Source of the DNA: an uncultured Candidatus Saccharibacteria bacterium
GTDB taxonomy: Bacteria > Patescibacteriota > Minisyncoccia > Phycocordibacterales > UBA2100
Direction of reading: 5' to 3'
NCBI GenBank assembly: GCA_964589005.1
Contig: CAZPQI010000001.1
Coordinates: 67,675-131,674, forward strand
DNA: 64,000 nucleotides
Each line of letters begins with the position of its first letter. Position 1 is the stretch's first letter. Below are positions 17,778-27,090 of the stretch, in pieces. The notes under the pieces are model-generated. The model was not told the DNA's origin and searched no databases. It saw only the letters and a program-made list of their open reading frames with translations. A program made the position numbers and the translations under genes.

Positions 17778-18173
17778 CTATAAAATTTCTTTGTATTCTA
17801 TATAGTTAGTTTGAATCATTTTCTTCCACCAGACAGTCTCGTTATTACCTCTAATGTCATTCTTACAATAAACTAACAATATTTTAACTTCTTTTTTTGT
17901 TTTGTATTGAGCAACAATACATCTATTCCCAGAGGCTTTTGCGGATTCACTTGGTAAAATTTTAAATTCGCACTTATAGATGACAATGTCACTATCCAAA
18001 TCAGAAATAGAACTAGTTACACTCCGATCAATCATTAAATCAAACTTTCTAAGCATCAGAATAAAAGCTGACCACGGAGTGTTAAAAGAACTTTTATATT
18101 TTTTGCGCAAACTCTTTAAGTATAATTTTTCAGCAACACTTTCTGTAGAGACATCGTAATAATTAGTAGACAT
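17778..18173 (-). CDS. hypothetical 131-aa protein, candidate toxin partner of the Panacea-domain protein
   Basis: Overlaps the upstream HTH-Panacea gene by 11 nt, so translational coupling is likely. A weak RelE/ParE-like C-terminal pattern (NRCIVAQYKTKKEVKILLVYCKND). No confident family assignment. Confidence 0.4.
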   Translation of the reverse strand: MSTNYYDVSTESVAEKLYLKSLRKKYKSSFNTPWSAFILMLRKFDLMIDRSVTSSISDLDSDIVIYKCEFKILPSESAKASGNRCIVAQYKTKKEVKILLVYCKNDIRGNNETVWWKKMIQTNYIEYKEIL

Positions 18174-18858
18174 GCTCTGGGTCTTCTTGGGTTATAAGTT
18201 CGTACGGAATAATTGACCCTTTATCGGCAAAAATATATGGTATCTGCTCATGAGTAAACCTTACAATATCCTGCGTATTTGATTTTTTCCAATTATCCCA
18301 GACGTCGTGCATAAGTTTCTCCTCTGCTTTAGAAATAGAGTTTAAAGAATTTTTTTCTGAACCTCGAGTTTCAGAAAAAGAATATGTATCTTTTCCTTCG
18401 TCACTTTTGTGACTTACCACGATACTTCCGTCATCTTCTAATTCTTGAATTGCACGAAAATACGCATCCGGAACTGGGCCGAATTCAATTTTACGATATG
18501 GCATTCCACTTATGCTCTCTTGATGCTTGTAGTACCAAGCGAAGTCAGCAAGATACAAAAGTTTAGCTAGTTTAGTTTTCTTCAATACCTGCCCACTTTT
18601 TTTTGCATCGCGTAAATACGATAGAATCATCTGCTTATACTTTTCATAGTTAGGTGCTTGATTAGATAGAAGCTCTTGAATAGAGATACCAAACATGTCA
18701 GATAGCTTTTGTGCCTCCAGTAAACTAAGTTCTTTTACACCTTTTTCTAAAGAAACGTAAGATGGTCTAGAGATGCCAATCCTCTCAGCAACTTCACCTT
18801 GCGAAAACTTACGGTCTAAACGAAGACTCTTTATAAATTTAAAATAAGTATTACTCAT
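18163..18858 (-). CDS. XRE-HTH + Panacea (DUF4065/SocA-like) domain protein, putative PanA antitoxin/regulator
   Basis: N-terminal HTH (SQGEVAERIGISRPSYVSLEKG). The C-terminal region carries KLAKLLYLADF...GMPY...FGPVPDAY, the conserved core of DUF4065. Confidence 0.65.
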   Translation of the reverse strand: MSNTYFKFIKSLRLDRKFSQGEVAERIGISRPSYVSLEKGVKELSLLEAQKLSDMFGISIQELLSNQAPNYEKYKQMILSYLRDAKKSGQVLKKTKLAKLLYLADFAWYYKHQESISGMPYRKIEFGPVPDAYFRAIQELEDDGSIVVSHKSDEGKDTYSFSETRGSEKNSLNSISKAEEKLMHDVWDNWKKSNTQDIVRFTHEQIPYIFADKGSIIPYELITQEDPEHVY

Positions 18859-19002
18859 AGAAACAGTATACTACATACAAATTATGCTACGTCAACATCT
18901 TATCCACAGGATGTCACCTTTTTGACATCCTAAACGTTACTTGGTAAAATACAAACCACTTCGAGTGCAACGGAGGATTATTAGTTAAGTTTCTCAAAAT
19001 AT

Positions 19003-19146
19003 ATGGGACACAAGAAAGTAACAAGCAAGAGTATGTCTACCAAGGCAAGCAAGGCTTTGCGTAGCGGAAGCACAGGAAAAACTACGAAGTCACTTGCTGG
19101 CTCTACTCTATCGCAAAGCAAGGGGAAACACAGGAAAGGTAAATAG
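19003..19146 (+). CDS. possible 47-aa Lys/Ser/Thr-rich basic peptide (low confidence)
   Basis: MGHKKVTSKSMSTKASKALRSGSTGKTTKSLAGSTLSQSKGKHRKGK, followed by a hairpin (aaaaccga..tcggtttt) plus a T-rich tail. No clear RBS. Confidence 0.2.
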   Translation: MGHKKVTSKSMSTKASKALRSGSTGKTTKSLAGSTLSQSKGKHRKGK

Positions 19147-19289
19147 TAGAAAACCGACCTAAAGGATCGGTTTTCTACAAAAGTTTTATTTCAAGGTCGT
19201 GCGGAAGGGTGACTTTGTTTTTATATACTAGCAATGAATTAGATGTTTAACTAAGAAAATCGTAGGACAAATGTTAATTTGTTTTAAAA

Positions 19290-20453
19290 TTACCGATTTC
19301 CTTTTGCGCGATTGTGTGTTTTACACAACATCTGGCAATTTTTTAGTGAAGTTGCACCACCCTTGCTCCATGCGGCTACGTGATCAGCGTCCATATCACT
19401 CAAGCTCCATACCTTATCCTTGTTAACATCGTGTCCAATAGCACAATGCTGGCAATTTGATTTCCCTTTGGTTTTGGCTGTCTTTGTTTGCGAGGCATAG
19501 ACAGATTTTTTTGTGGCTTCATCAAAAACTCGAACATCAAGAAGTTTTGTATCTTTTTCACCACCTAAAATATATTCAAATACTCCCCTATGATTTCTAA
19601 CATAAGGGTCTGCATATAATTTGTGAACTGTATCAGATAATTTTTTTGGGTTATATCCTTTCTTATGATGTTCTTCATAGAGCCTTCCCCACTCCAAACC
19701 TTTCATTTCACTTTCTATATCGATAAAAGTTTTAGAAACCCAATCAATTACACTACTAAAGTACGTTTCTAATTCACTGATATTAGCATCTTGTCTATGT
19801 TTACTCATATAATCTCCAACTTTTCCACGACTTACCCAATCAAGTGCTTTTGCCAAAAAATCTTGTCTATTAACACTACCCTTGATGTACGCACCCCATT
19901 TCAGAACATTAGAATTTCGTGAATTACTAAACTCTTCTTTTGCAAGTGTTACAAATGGTCCAGAATATATCGCATTGAGAAGTTCTTGTTCGTTTAATGG
20001 CACTCCTGCAATATTAATTGTCTTAAACCACTCTTTTATTTCACTTTCCTTTCCCATGCATTCATAAATTGTTAATTTAGTTTGCATTATTTCTTCTTGT
20101 TTGTCTTTTGAAATACCACTGAAATATTGCTCCATGCCGTTTTCATCTTTAACGGCAAATTTATTAGTTACATATCGTCCAAAGCTAGTGATTCTTTGTT
20201 GTCCATCCAAGACCTCCAAATTATCTTTTCCAACTTTATTGAAATAAATCAAACCTATTGGATAACCTTTCAGAATTGACTCAATTACAGCCACATCTTT
20301 TTTCCCATCAGCATAAATATAATTCCTTTGATACTCTGGCTGAATTTTTAATTTCCCATTTATCCCGAAAAGTCCTTTTCCCTCTAACTCATTATAAACA
20401 AATCCTTCGCAAATCTCTTTTACAGTGTATGTTGTTTTTAGTATTGTTTTCAT
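19290..20453 (-). CDS. DUF262 (ParB-like NTPase, DGQQR motif) + C-terminal HNH nuclease; restriction/defence endonuclease candidate
   Basis: [12 protein letters not shown] is the DUF262 signature. The C-terminus carries CQHC...[12 protein letters not shown]...[15 protein letters not shown], an HNH motif. Its start lies 1 nt after the stop of the upstream methyltransferase. Confidence 0.8.
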   Translation of the reverse strand: MKTILKTTYTVKEICEGFVYNELEGKGLFGINGKLKIQPEYQRNYIYADGKKDVAVIESILKGYPIGLIYFNKVGKDNLEVLDGQQRITSFGRYVTNKFAVKDENGMEQYFSGISKDKQEEIMQTKLTIYECMGKESEIKEWFKTINIAGVPLNEQELLNAIYSGPFVTLAKEEFSNSRNSNVLKWGAYIKGSVNRQDFLAKALDWVSRGKVGDYMSKHRQDANISELETYFSSVIDWVSKTFIDIESEMKGLEWGRLYEEHHKKGYNPKKLSDTVHKLYADPYVRNHRGVFEYILGGEKDTKLLDVRVFDEATKKSVYASQTKTAKTKGKSNCQHCAIGHDVNKDKVWSLSDMDADHVAAWSKGGATSLKNCQMLCKTHNRAKGNR

Positions 20454-20454
20454 T

Positions 20455-21618
20455 TTATTTTTTGTGTTTGATTATAATTCTTGAGTATGGAACAACAGCT
20501 TTATCACCAACCATAATATAAAATCTCCATACAGAAGAATGACCTGGAAGAGACTTGTCTATTTCTTTTGGTATAGGAGTTATTCCCAATTTTTTTCCTA
20601 ATGCCCCAATTCCAATTCCAATTATTTCAAATTGTTCTGGGCAATATTTATCCATAAATGATACTGGCACACCCATTTCTCCCTTATAATCATTTGGAAT
20701 CGCTCTTACCATTGGGATATCAATCGCGTCATAATTAGCATATTTTGGATAATAATCTACTTCATACTTCTTTTTTAAATTATTTAATAGAGTAGTATTA
20801 AATTTAAGATTGTCTTTTTCAGACATTAACTGCAGGGGATGGTGCCTAACTCCATGGTCAATATTTGTATACCACCTTATACCATTTACTCTCCAATAAA
20901 ATTTACCATCTTTTATATATGCATTCTTTTCGTCAGACATTTTTTGTGAATCATATAGTTCTTTTGGAGCAATAAAATATGCTGCTCCCCCATTAAAGTA
21001 TGTAGCACCAAGCCACATAATATTATCTTTAATTAAAGGAAAGATTTCTTTATTCGCAATTGTGTTCAAATTCCCTATAATTACAAATTTTTTATTTGCT
21101 TCCAGTATCCAAGCTAAAAACTCTCTAAATAAACTAAATGGAGGATTTGTAATAATTATATCTGCTTCATCTCTTATCTTTTTTACTTCGCTGCTTCTGA
21201 AGTCTCCATCCCCTTTCATGTATTTCCAGTCTAAATCATCTATATCTATCTTATTATCTCCTGTTTTATCTTTTGTAAGAGTAAAAATCTTCCCTTTTAT
21301 TCTGGTTTTCTTTTTGTCAAACCTTGAACTTTTTTCTTCAAAAAGTGTTGTTTCGTATCCCTCCTTATATTTTTTACTTTCTACAGCATAACTTGTAGAA
21401 ACCAATTTTTTTAATTTAAATTTCTCAAAATTCTGTGCAAAGTATTTAGTGAAGTCGCTCCATTCAGGGTCATCGCAAGGTAAGAGAATAACTTTATCTT
21501 TAAAGACATTGGGGTTATATTCAAGATAAGCATTGATCTCTTTTTCAATGTCTTTATATTGTGTATAAAACTCATCGTTTTTTGCATTCTTCGCATCTGC
21601 CAAATTACTTTGTGCCAT
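20455..21618 (-). CDS. DNA amino-methyltransferase (N6-adenine or N4-cytosine), NPPF motif IV
   Basis: [11 protein letters not shown] is the catalytic motif IV of amino-MTases. The N-terminal DEFYT region is present. GC is very low, about 28-30% in sampled stretches. Confidence 0.8.
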   Translation of the reverse strand: MAQSNLADAKNAKNDEFYTQYKDIEKEINAYLEYNPNVFKDKVILLPCDDPEWSDFTKYFAQNFEKFKLKKLVSTSYAVESKKYKEGYETTLFEEKSSRFDKKKTRIKGKIFTLTKDKTGDNKIDIDDLDWKYMKGDGDFRSSEVKKIRDEADIIITNPPFSLFREFLAWILEANKKFVIIGNLNTIANKEIFPLIKDNIMWLGATYFNGGAAYFIAPKELYDSQKMSDEKNAYIKDGKFYWRVNGIRWYTNIDHGVRHHPLQLMSEKDNLKFNTTLLNNLKKKYEVDYYPKYANYDAIDIPMVRAIPNDYKGEMGVPVSFMDKYCPEQFEIIGIGIGALGKKLGITPIPKEIDKSLPGHSSVWRFYIMVGDKAVVPYSRIIIKHKK

Positions 21619-21688
21619 AATGATTTCAAAACAATCGGGACTAAACCGATTTTATTATTACCAATACTACTCTTTTTGTACAAAAAAG

Positions 21689-22123
21689 CTAAGTTTTGCT
21701 TGAAAAATGCCGTGCAATGAGTTCATGTAAATGCTCCGGATTCTTTACCAAATCAACCAACACTAAACTCTCGGAGACTCCGTTGCGTTCGAGTTCATCT
21801 ACTTCACCCTGTGACGGATCATTATCGAACCAGACGAAGGGTTTTGAAAAGTCGATAGCTTCGGTTTTGTTTTCGCTCCACGTTGTTGGTTTGTATGCGA
21901 GAACATACTGAAAAAGTTCAGACGGGAATATTTTTTGCAGGTGTCGTTGAGCGTTAGTCTCGTCTCCGTGGCGACAGTGTGTAGTAAGCCAATACACATT
22001 GTGGAGCGAGAGAGCTTCCAGAAATTCTTCCAAATGCGCAGCTGGTTTATTGTAATTCGCCAAATCCTCGTGGATTATTGTTCCGTCTATATCTAGGTAG
22101 ATATTTGTTTCTTTGTTTAACAC
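21689..22123 (-). CDS. HAD-superfamily hydrolase (DxDxT motif; nucleotidase/phosphatase-like)
   Basis: IYLDIDGTII matches HAD motif I. 144 aa. Confidence 0.55.
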   Translation of the reverse strand: MLNKETNIYLDIDGTIIHEDLANYNKPAAHLEEFLEALSLHNVYWLTTHCRHGDETNAQRHLQKIFPSELFQYVLAYKPTTWSENKTEAIDFSKPFVWFDNDPSQGEVDELERNGVSESLVLVDLVKNPEHLHELIARHFSSKT

Positions 22124-22162
22124 ACCTTCATTCTAACAGTTAATATTTGCTACACTGGGCAC

Positions 22163-22408
22163 GTGAGAAACAACATGACAATACGAGCGCACGATGAAAA
22201 CATCTTCGCCGAAGGAGGTGGACATTATGTGAGAACTATACCAACACGTGGCCCGAGAGCTCCCTACATTGGATTTATAAAAACAACGCTTGGCGAGGCA
22301 GAGGTTGAGTACGACAACAAGGTGGTTTTTGAAGTGTTGGTGAGTGGCGATGAAATTACCGAGGAAGAGTACAATGATGCTGAAGTAACAGTCTTTAATG
22401 ATATATGA
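22163..22408 (+). CDS. hypothetical 81-aa protein, coupled to the downstream DUF2779 gene
   Basis: ATGA stop/start overlap with the next ORF. Acidic C-terminus. Confidence 0.3.
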   Translation: MRNNMTIRAHDENIFAEGGGHYVRTIPTRGPRAPYIGFIKTTLGEAEVEYDNKVVFEVLVSGDEITEEEYNDAEVTVFNDI

Positions 22409-23889
22409 CCAAAATAAACCTTACAAAAACGGATTTTAAGGAGTACCTACTCTGTAATAAGTGCTTGTGGTTGAAGAAGAAAAAACCAGATGAGTATATA
22501 GATGGGGAATTTTCGCAATTCCTTAAAAAACTGATAAAAGATGGTTACGAAGTTGAAAGGTACGCTCAGGGGTTGTTTCCTGGTGGGGTTTTTGTTTCCG
22601 GGGATAAAGAAACACTAATTAAAAAAACAAAGGAGCTACTAAAGGGCACAAAACCAATTTTCCAAGCGACATTTGAAACTATTGAGGGTCTTTTTGCAAA
22701 AATTGATATTCTCAATTTTAATGAGGAAACTAAAAAGTGGGATTTGTATGAAGTTAAAGCGAGCTCGGACATAAAAACTGATATCCAACACAATCACGTA
22801 AAAGACCTTATATTCCAAACTATTTTGCTAGAAAACGCGGGAGTAGACTTGGGTGAGAGTTACATAATTCACCTCAACAAAGAATACAGGCGTAATGGTG
22901 AAGTAGATATTCATGAGCTTCTTACTACTGAAAACCTAAAAGAGGAAGTGGGCGAGCAAAAAGAAGAAGTGCGAGACGAAATGAACCAAGCGTTAAAACT
23001 ATTGGCAAAAGACGAAATTGCGCTTGATAGTTGCGACTGTTTATATAAAAGCAGTGGTCAACACTGCGACTGTTTTGCAAAGTTTAATCCGCAAGTGCCT
23101 GAATACTCAGTGCACAATATTTTAATGGGTAAGAAGCTTAAAGCTTTGGTGGATGACGGAATTGTAGACATTACAAAAATCCCAGAAAACTTTGAACTTA
23201 CTGATATTCAACAGCAAAAAGTAGATTTACAAAAAGACGAACAGCCGATTATTAATCGCGAAGCAGTGGACGAAGCACTCTCGGGGCTGGTGTATCCAAT
23301 ATACTTTTTCGACTACGAAACGTACCCCTCGCCCATTCCTCCGCTTGATGCGTACAAACCAAACCAACACTTTGTATTTCAGGTTTCTATTCATGCCTTG
23401 CATGAAGACGGAGAACTAGAGCACTTTGAATTTTTAGCAGAAGAAATGGAAGGCTCGACAGAAGCGTTGGTGAATATGATGCGCGATAGTATTGGTGACA
23501 CTGGCAGTATTGTGGTTTGGAACGATGTGTTTGAGAAAGGTAGAAATATAGAACTCGCGGAGCTACACCCAGAAGAAAAGGACTTCCTGCTTGGGTTGAA
23601 CGAAAGAACGTTTGATTTAATGAAAGTATTTAAACGCGACTATACTCGCCCAGATTTTTACGGAAGCGCCTCTATTAAAGCTGTATTACCCGCTATGGTG
23701 CCCGAACTCTCGTACAAAGATTTGGAAGTACAGAATGGAACAATGGCAATGAGTGAGTGGAAAAAGATTATCGATGGTGAACTGGGCCTAAAGAGCGCAC
23801 AAAAGGCTCGTAAAGACTTACTCGACTATTGCGGGTTAGATACGTTCGCAATGGTAGAGATATATAAGAAGATTAAGGAAGAGTCGTAA
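22405..23889 (+). CDS. DUF2779-like protein: N-terminal Cys-containing PD-(D/E)xK-type nuclease region + C-terminal DnaQ-like 3'-5' exonuclease region
   Basis: N-terminal LLCNKCLWL with additional Cys (CDCLYKSSGQHCDC). C-terminal YFFDYETY resembles Exo I (DxE) and LDYCGLDTFAMVEIYKK resembles Exo III (YxxxD). Confidence 0.55.
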   Translation: MTKINLTKTDFKEYLLCNKCLWLKKKKPDEYIDGEFSQFLKKLIKDGYEVERYAQGLFPGGVFVSGDKETLIKKTKELLKGTKPIFQATFETIEGLFAKIDILNFNEETKKWDLYEVKASSDIKTDIQHNHVKDLIFQTILLENAGVDLGESYIIHLNKEYRRNGEVDIHELLTTENLKEEVGEQKEEVRDEMNQALKLLAKDEIALDSCDCLYKSSGQHCDCFAKFNPQVPEYSVHNILMGKKLKALVDDGIVDITKIPENFELTDIQQQKVDLQKDEQPIINREAVDEALSGLVYPIYFFDYETYPSPIPPLDAYKPNQHFVFQVSIHALHEDGELEHFEFLAEEMEGSTEALVNMMRDSIGDTGSIVVWNDVFEKGRNIELAELHPEEKDFLLGLNERTFDLMKVFKRDYTRPDFYGSASIKAVLPAMVPELSYKDLEVQNGTMAMSEWKKIIDGELGLKSAQKARKDLLDYCGLDTFAMVEIYKKIKEES

Positions 23890-23934
23890 ACGTATCGAAG
23901 TTGTTGTTTTAATTTCATAATATATTGCAAGGAT

Positions 23935-24333
23935 ATGAAGAAGAGAAAATCATTACCTAAAAAGCTTCAACTCGAAATATATAATCGAGATTACTGGACT
24001 TGCCAGTATTGTGGAGATCCTGTGTTTTATGTTCAAACCTTGAAACTATTAGAAAAACTCAGTCCAGACTGCGGATACTATCACCCTAATGGTAAATCAG
24101 AGAAAATGCTAAAGCTGTTTTTTAATAAATGGGCTAGTATTGACCACGTAAAACCATTTACAAAATACGGTGAAGACTCACTTGAAAATCTCGTAACAGC
24201 TTGTTGGGAATGCAATCTTAGAATGGGCAACAAAGATGATAAGCAAGGCAAAAGAAAGCCCAGAAAGATCAAAAAGCATCAAAAAACTAAATCTTGGGAT
24301 GGTCTTTACTCCCTTTATGAGAAGCTAAGATAA
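23935..24333 (+). CDS. HNH endonuclease
   Basis: CQYCGD...IDHVKP...N...CWECN. Confidence 0.8.
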   Translation: MKKRKSLPKKLQLEIYNRDYWTCQYCGDPVFYVQTLKLLEKLSPDCGYYHPNGKSEKMLKLFFNKWASIDHVKPFTKYGEDSLENLVTACWECNLRMGNKDDKQGKRKPRKIKKHQKTKSWDGLYSLYEKLR

Positions 24334-24383
24334 AATGAAGAATCTTAGACTCAAAGTGCTATACTAAACGAACAATTGAATAA

Positions 24384-24526
24384 ATTATCAAGAAAGATGT
24401 GAAGGGACTAGCCTTATGACCATCTTAGCAACCTGTCTCTTCGTCCAGATAAGGTGCTCCATCTAGCCTGTATAGGAAAGATAACAATGCATCAGCATCT
24501 TACCCTTCACAGGAAAGATGTTTTTT
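24384..24526 (+). promoter_or_regulatory. SAM-I (S-box) riboswitch with terminator in the metK leader
   Basis: UUAUCAAGAAAGAUGUGAAGGGACUAGCC...GCAACC...AGAUAAGGUGCUCC...AUCUAGCC...GGAAAGAUAA matches the SAM-I consensus blocks (YUCUUAUCAAGAG..GGAGGGACUGGCC...GCAACC...AAGGUGCUAA..CCAGC..GAUAAGA). It is followed by the hairpin catctt...aagatg plus TTTTTT just before the metK start. Confidence 0.8.
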
Positions 24527-24539
24527 AGTGTTAAAAGAT

Positions 24540-25478
24540 ATGAAGAAAACAGCAGAATTCGTAAGTCCAAAGCATCCAGATAAAATATGCGACTATATAG
24601 CGGATATTATATTAGATGCTTACTTGGGTGATGATAAAGATAGCAGAGTGGCCATCGAGGTTATGGGTGGCCACAATCTTGTTACCGTAAACGGAGAAGT
24701 AACGAGCAAGACAACCATAGATATTGAGGGGCTTATAAAAAACATAGTAGGCTCAGATTACAAAGTGATATCTAATGTCGTAGCACAAAGTAGCGAAATA
24801 GCGCGCGGTGTAGACACTGGAGGTGCAGGTGACCAAGGAATAATGAAGGGTTACGCAACAAGCGAGACAGAAAGCCTAATGCCATTAGAGTACGAACTTG
24901 CTCGAAACTTATGTATGAAAATTTTTGAGGTTTATCCTTATGACGGCAAGACTCAAATTACAATCGATGGAGAAAAAGTTACGTCGGTAATTGCTAGTTT
25001 TCAAAATTCTAAAAGTGATGAGCTGTTATCATTAGTAAAAAGTATTATTCAGTCCGAAGAGTACTTCATAAACCAATCAGGAGAGTGGTCGCAAGGTGGA
25101 TTTGATGCAGATACTGGGCTCTCGGGACGAAAACTTATTGTAGATAATTATGGCCCTGAAGTGACCATAGGAGGTGGCTCCTTTTCTGGAAAAGATTACA
25201 CAAAAGTGGACCGCTCGGGAGCATATATGGCTCGAAAAATATCTGTTGACTACCTAAAGAAGCGCTCAGCCAAGGAAGTACATACGAAGTTAGCATATGC
25301 GATAGGAAAACCTGAACCAGTTATGGCAACTGCTATTATAGACGGAAAAGAAATTCCAATAGAGGGGTACAATTTAACACCTGCTGGGATAAGGAAATTA
25401 CTGAAACTAGATAAGCTAAAGTTGTCGACAACCTCTAACTGGGGCCATTTTGGTAGAGGTTTTGAATGGGACGTTTAG
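24540..25478 (+). CDS. metK: S-adenosylmethionine synthetase (compact)
   Basis: Motifs KHPDKICDYIAD, GAGDQG and GGGSFSGKD. The first ATG lies 4 codons inside the tracked ORF, which is GTG-initiated. Confidence 0.93.
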   Translation: MKKTAEFVSPKHPDKICDYIADIILDAYLGDDKDSRVAIEVMGGHNLVTVNGEVTSKTTIDIEGLIKNIVGSDYKVISNVVAQSSEIARGVDTGGAGDQGIMKGYATSETESLMPLEYELARNLCMKIFEVYPYDGKTQITIDGEKVTSVIASFQNSKSDELLSLVKSIIQSEEYFINQSGEWSQGGFDADTGLSGRKLIVDNYGPEVTIGGGSFSGKDYTKVDRSGAYMARKISVDYLKKRSAKEVHTKLAYAIGKPEPVMATAIIDGKEIPIEGYNLTPAGIRKLLKLDKLKLSTTSNWGHFGRGFEWDV

Positions 25479-25615
25479 TAAATAACTCCATACGCAAGCC
25501 AAAGCGCGCTTTTAGCAACCTCCAATAAATTGTTCTGAGTGCATTTTTTAGTTGGAGCAAATAAAATTGGCCACGTGTGATATATTAATCTTATCAATAA
25601 TGAAAATATAAAAAT

Positions 25616-26095
25616 ATGGAATTCTCAAAAGAAATCACTATAAATGCACCGGCTGAGAAAGTTTGGGATATTCTCGCACATCAATTTGCCGATGTTGGTA
25701 GTTGGGCACGCTCAATTTCAGAATCATCAGTAAATCGCGATGCACAAAACGTTGGTAACTCCCCTGTCGGTGGTCGCGTATGTTCGACCAGTATTGGTCA
25801 CATCTCTGAAGAATTTATTGATTACGACGAAGAGGGTATGACATTTAGCTTCAAAGGTGTTATCACCTCAAAAATGTTTACGAGTGTAATTAGCACAAAC
25901 CTTGTTACGGCTATAGACGATAACACGTCGAAGGTCACCGTAACTCCGAGCATCAACCTAACGCCTTTGGGGATGTTAATGTATCCGCTGATTAAAATGA
26001 ATCTCAGTAAAACAATAAACGAAGTTTTACTAGACTTAAAATACTTTGCCGAAAACGACAAGCCTTCGCCCGAAAAAAACGCTACACAAAAATAA
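25616..26095 (+). CDS. SRPBCC (Bet v1-like/polyketide cyclase-like) family protein
   Basis: The INAPAEKVWDIL opening is typical of SRPBCC proteins. Confidence 0.6.
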   Translation: MEFSKEITINAPAEKVWDILAHQFADVGSWARSISESSVNRDAQNVGNSPVGGRVCSTSIGHISEEFIDYDEEGMTFSFKGVITSKMFTSVISTNLVTAIDDNTSKVTVTPSINLTPLGMLMYPLIKMNLSKTINEVLLDLKYFAENDKPSPEKNATQK

Positions 26096-26133
26096 TAACA
26101 AACTAACACTATAGATGTGGAACATATGTTACT

Positions 26134-26167
26134 TGACACAAGTTTATCTTAAGATAAACTTGTGTCA
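26134..26167. promoter_or_regulatory. 34-bp perfect palindrome tgacacaagtttatcttaagataaacttgtgtca abutting the phd start codon; TTGACA..16..TAAACT promoter-like element inside it
   Basis: Read from the sequence and checked against its reverse complement. Operator candidate for TA autoregulation. Its geometry implies a leaderless or near-leaderless phd mRNA. Confidence 0.55.
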
Positions 26168-26436
26168 TGAATGCAAACTTAACAAAAAAAAATACCGTGG
26201 GTCTTAAAGAACTGCGCGAGAACATCGAAACATACATTAAACGTGTGAGTAAAGGCGAAGTACTCACTGTTTTTAGACGCTCTACTCCCCTTTTCAAAAT
26301 ATCCCCAGTCGACGCGGAAGAAACTGGCTGGGAAACCATAGTAGATTTCACCAAAAAAACAGGACACGGCGTCCCTGTTGAAGAACTACTAGCCTCAATG
26401 AAAAAGATGCATGGACAAAAATCAAAAGTTTCTTAA
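26167..26436 (+). CDS. Phd/YefM-family antitoxin
   Basis: VGLKELRENIETYIKRVSKGEVLTVFRRSTPLFKISP. Confidence 0.75.
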   Translation: MNANLTKKNTVGLKELRENIETYIKRVSKGEVLTVFRRSTPLFKISPVDAEETGWETIVDFTKKTGHGVPVEELLASMKKMHGQKSKVS

Positions 26437-26653
26437 ACGACTCAGTACTAAAGAATTCTCATCTGTAGAAAAAGCCCTGCATAAAATTAATGTTGGTGAT
26501 ACTAAAAATCTTGATATAAAAAAGTTAACAGGATACCAAGACGTATATAGAGTACGAATTAAAACAATTCGAATTATTTTTCTCATCAACGAAAATCGCA
26601 TTGACGTGCTTGAGATTAGTAGACGAAATGAGAAAACGTATAAAAAATTCTGA
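26411..26653 (+). CDS. RelE/ParE-family toxin
   Basis: YRVRIKTIRIIFLINENRIDVLEISRRNEKTY. Overlaps the phd gene by 26 nt. Confidence 0.75.
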   Translation: MDKNQKFLKRLSTKEFSSVEKALHKINVGDTKNLDIKKLTGYQDVYRVRIKTIRIIFLINENRIDVLEISRRNEKTYKKF

Positions 26654-26728
26654 TATCGTCCTAATTCCATAAGGACAAAATTTCTTACTTATGCTATATT
26701 TTTCATGTTAGTAATAAATACAAAAAAT

Positions 26729-26929
26729 ATGAAAACTCTTAAATGTGATTTATGTGAAGTAACAGCAGACGGCGAGACATTCGAAGAATGGATGAAAGCA
26801 CTTCATCCTCACTATATGGAGGCTCACGCTGATATGATGAAAGGAATGGAGGGAATGAGCGAAGAAGATAAGAAGGAACATATGAAAAAGTGGATGGATG
26901 AAAACAAAGCACGGTTTGACGCTGAATAA
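26729..26929 (+). CDS. DUF1059-like small metal-binding protein
   Basis: MKTLKCDLCEV...HMKKWMDEN. The start is taken at an internal Met. A perfect hairpin terminator follows. Confidence 0.5.
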   Translation: MKTLKCDLCEVTADGETFEEWMKALHPHYMEAHADMMKGMEGMSEEDKKEHMKKWMDENKARFDAE

Positions 26930-26950
26930 CGCGAGACTGTCACAATAGTA

Positions 26951-26976
26951 AAAAGCACCGAGCTCGGTGCTTTTTA
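26951..26976 (+). terminator. rho-independent terminator (aaaagcaccgagctcggtgcttttt)
   Basis: Perfect GC-rich hairpin with a T-run. Confidence 0.8.
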
Positions 26977-27090
26977 CTTTGCTAAATGGCAACTATATAC
27001 TGTGTAGAAATTGTTTATGAGTATCTGAATACTTGTGCATATATTTGAACATTGCTAAAATATAATAATTAAAATTAACTAGAAAATCGT

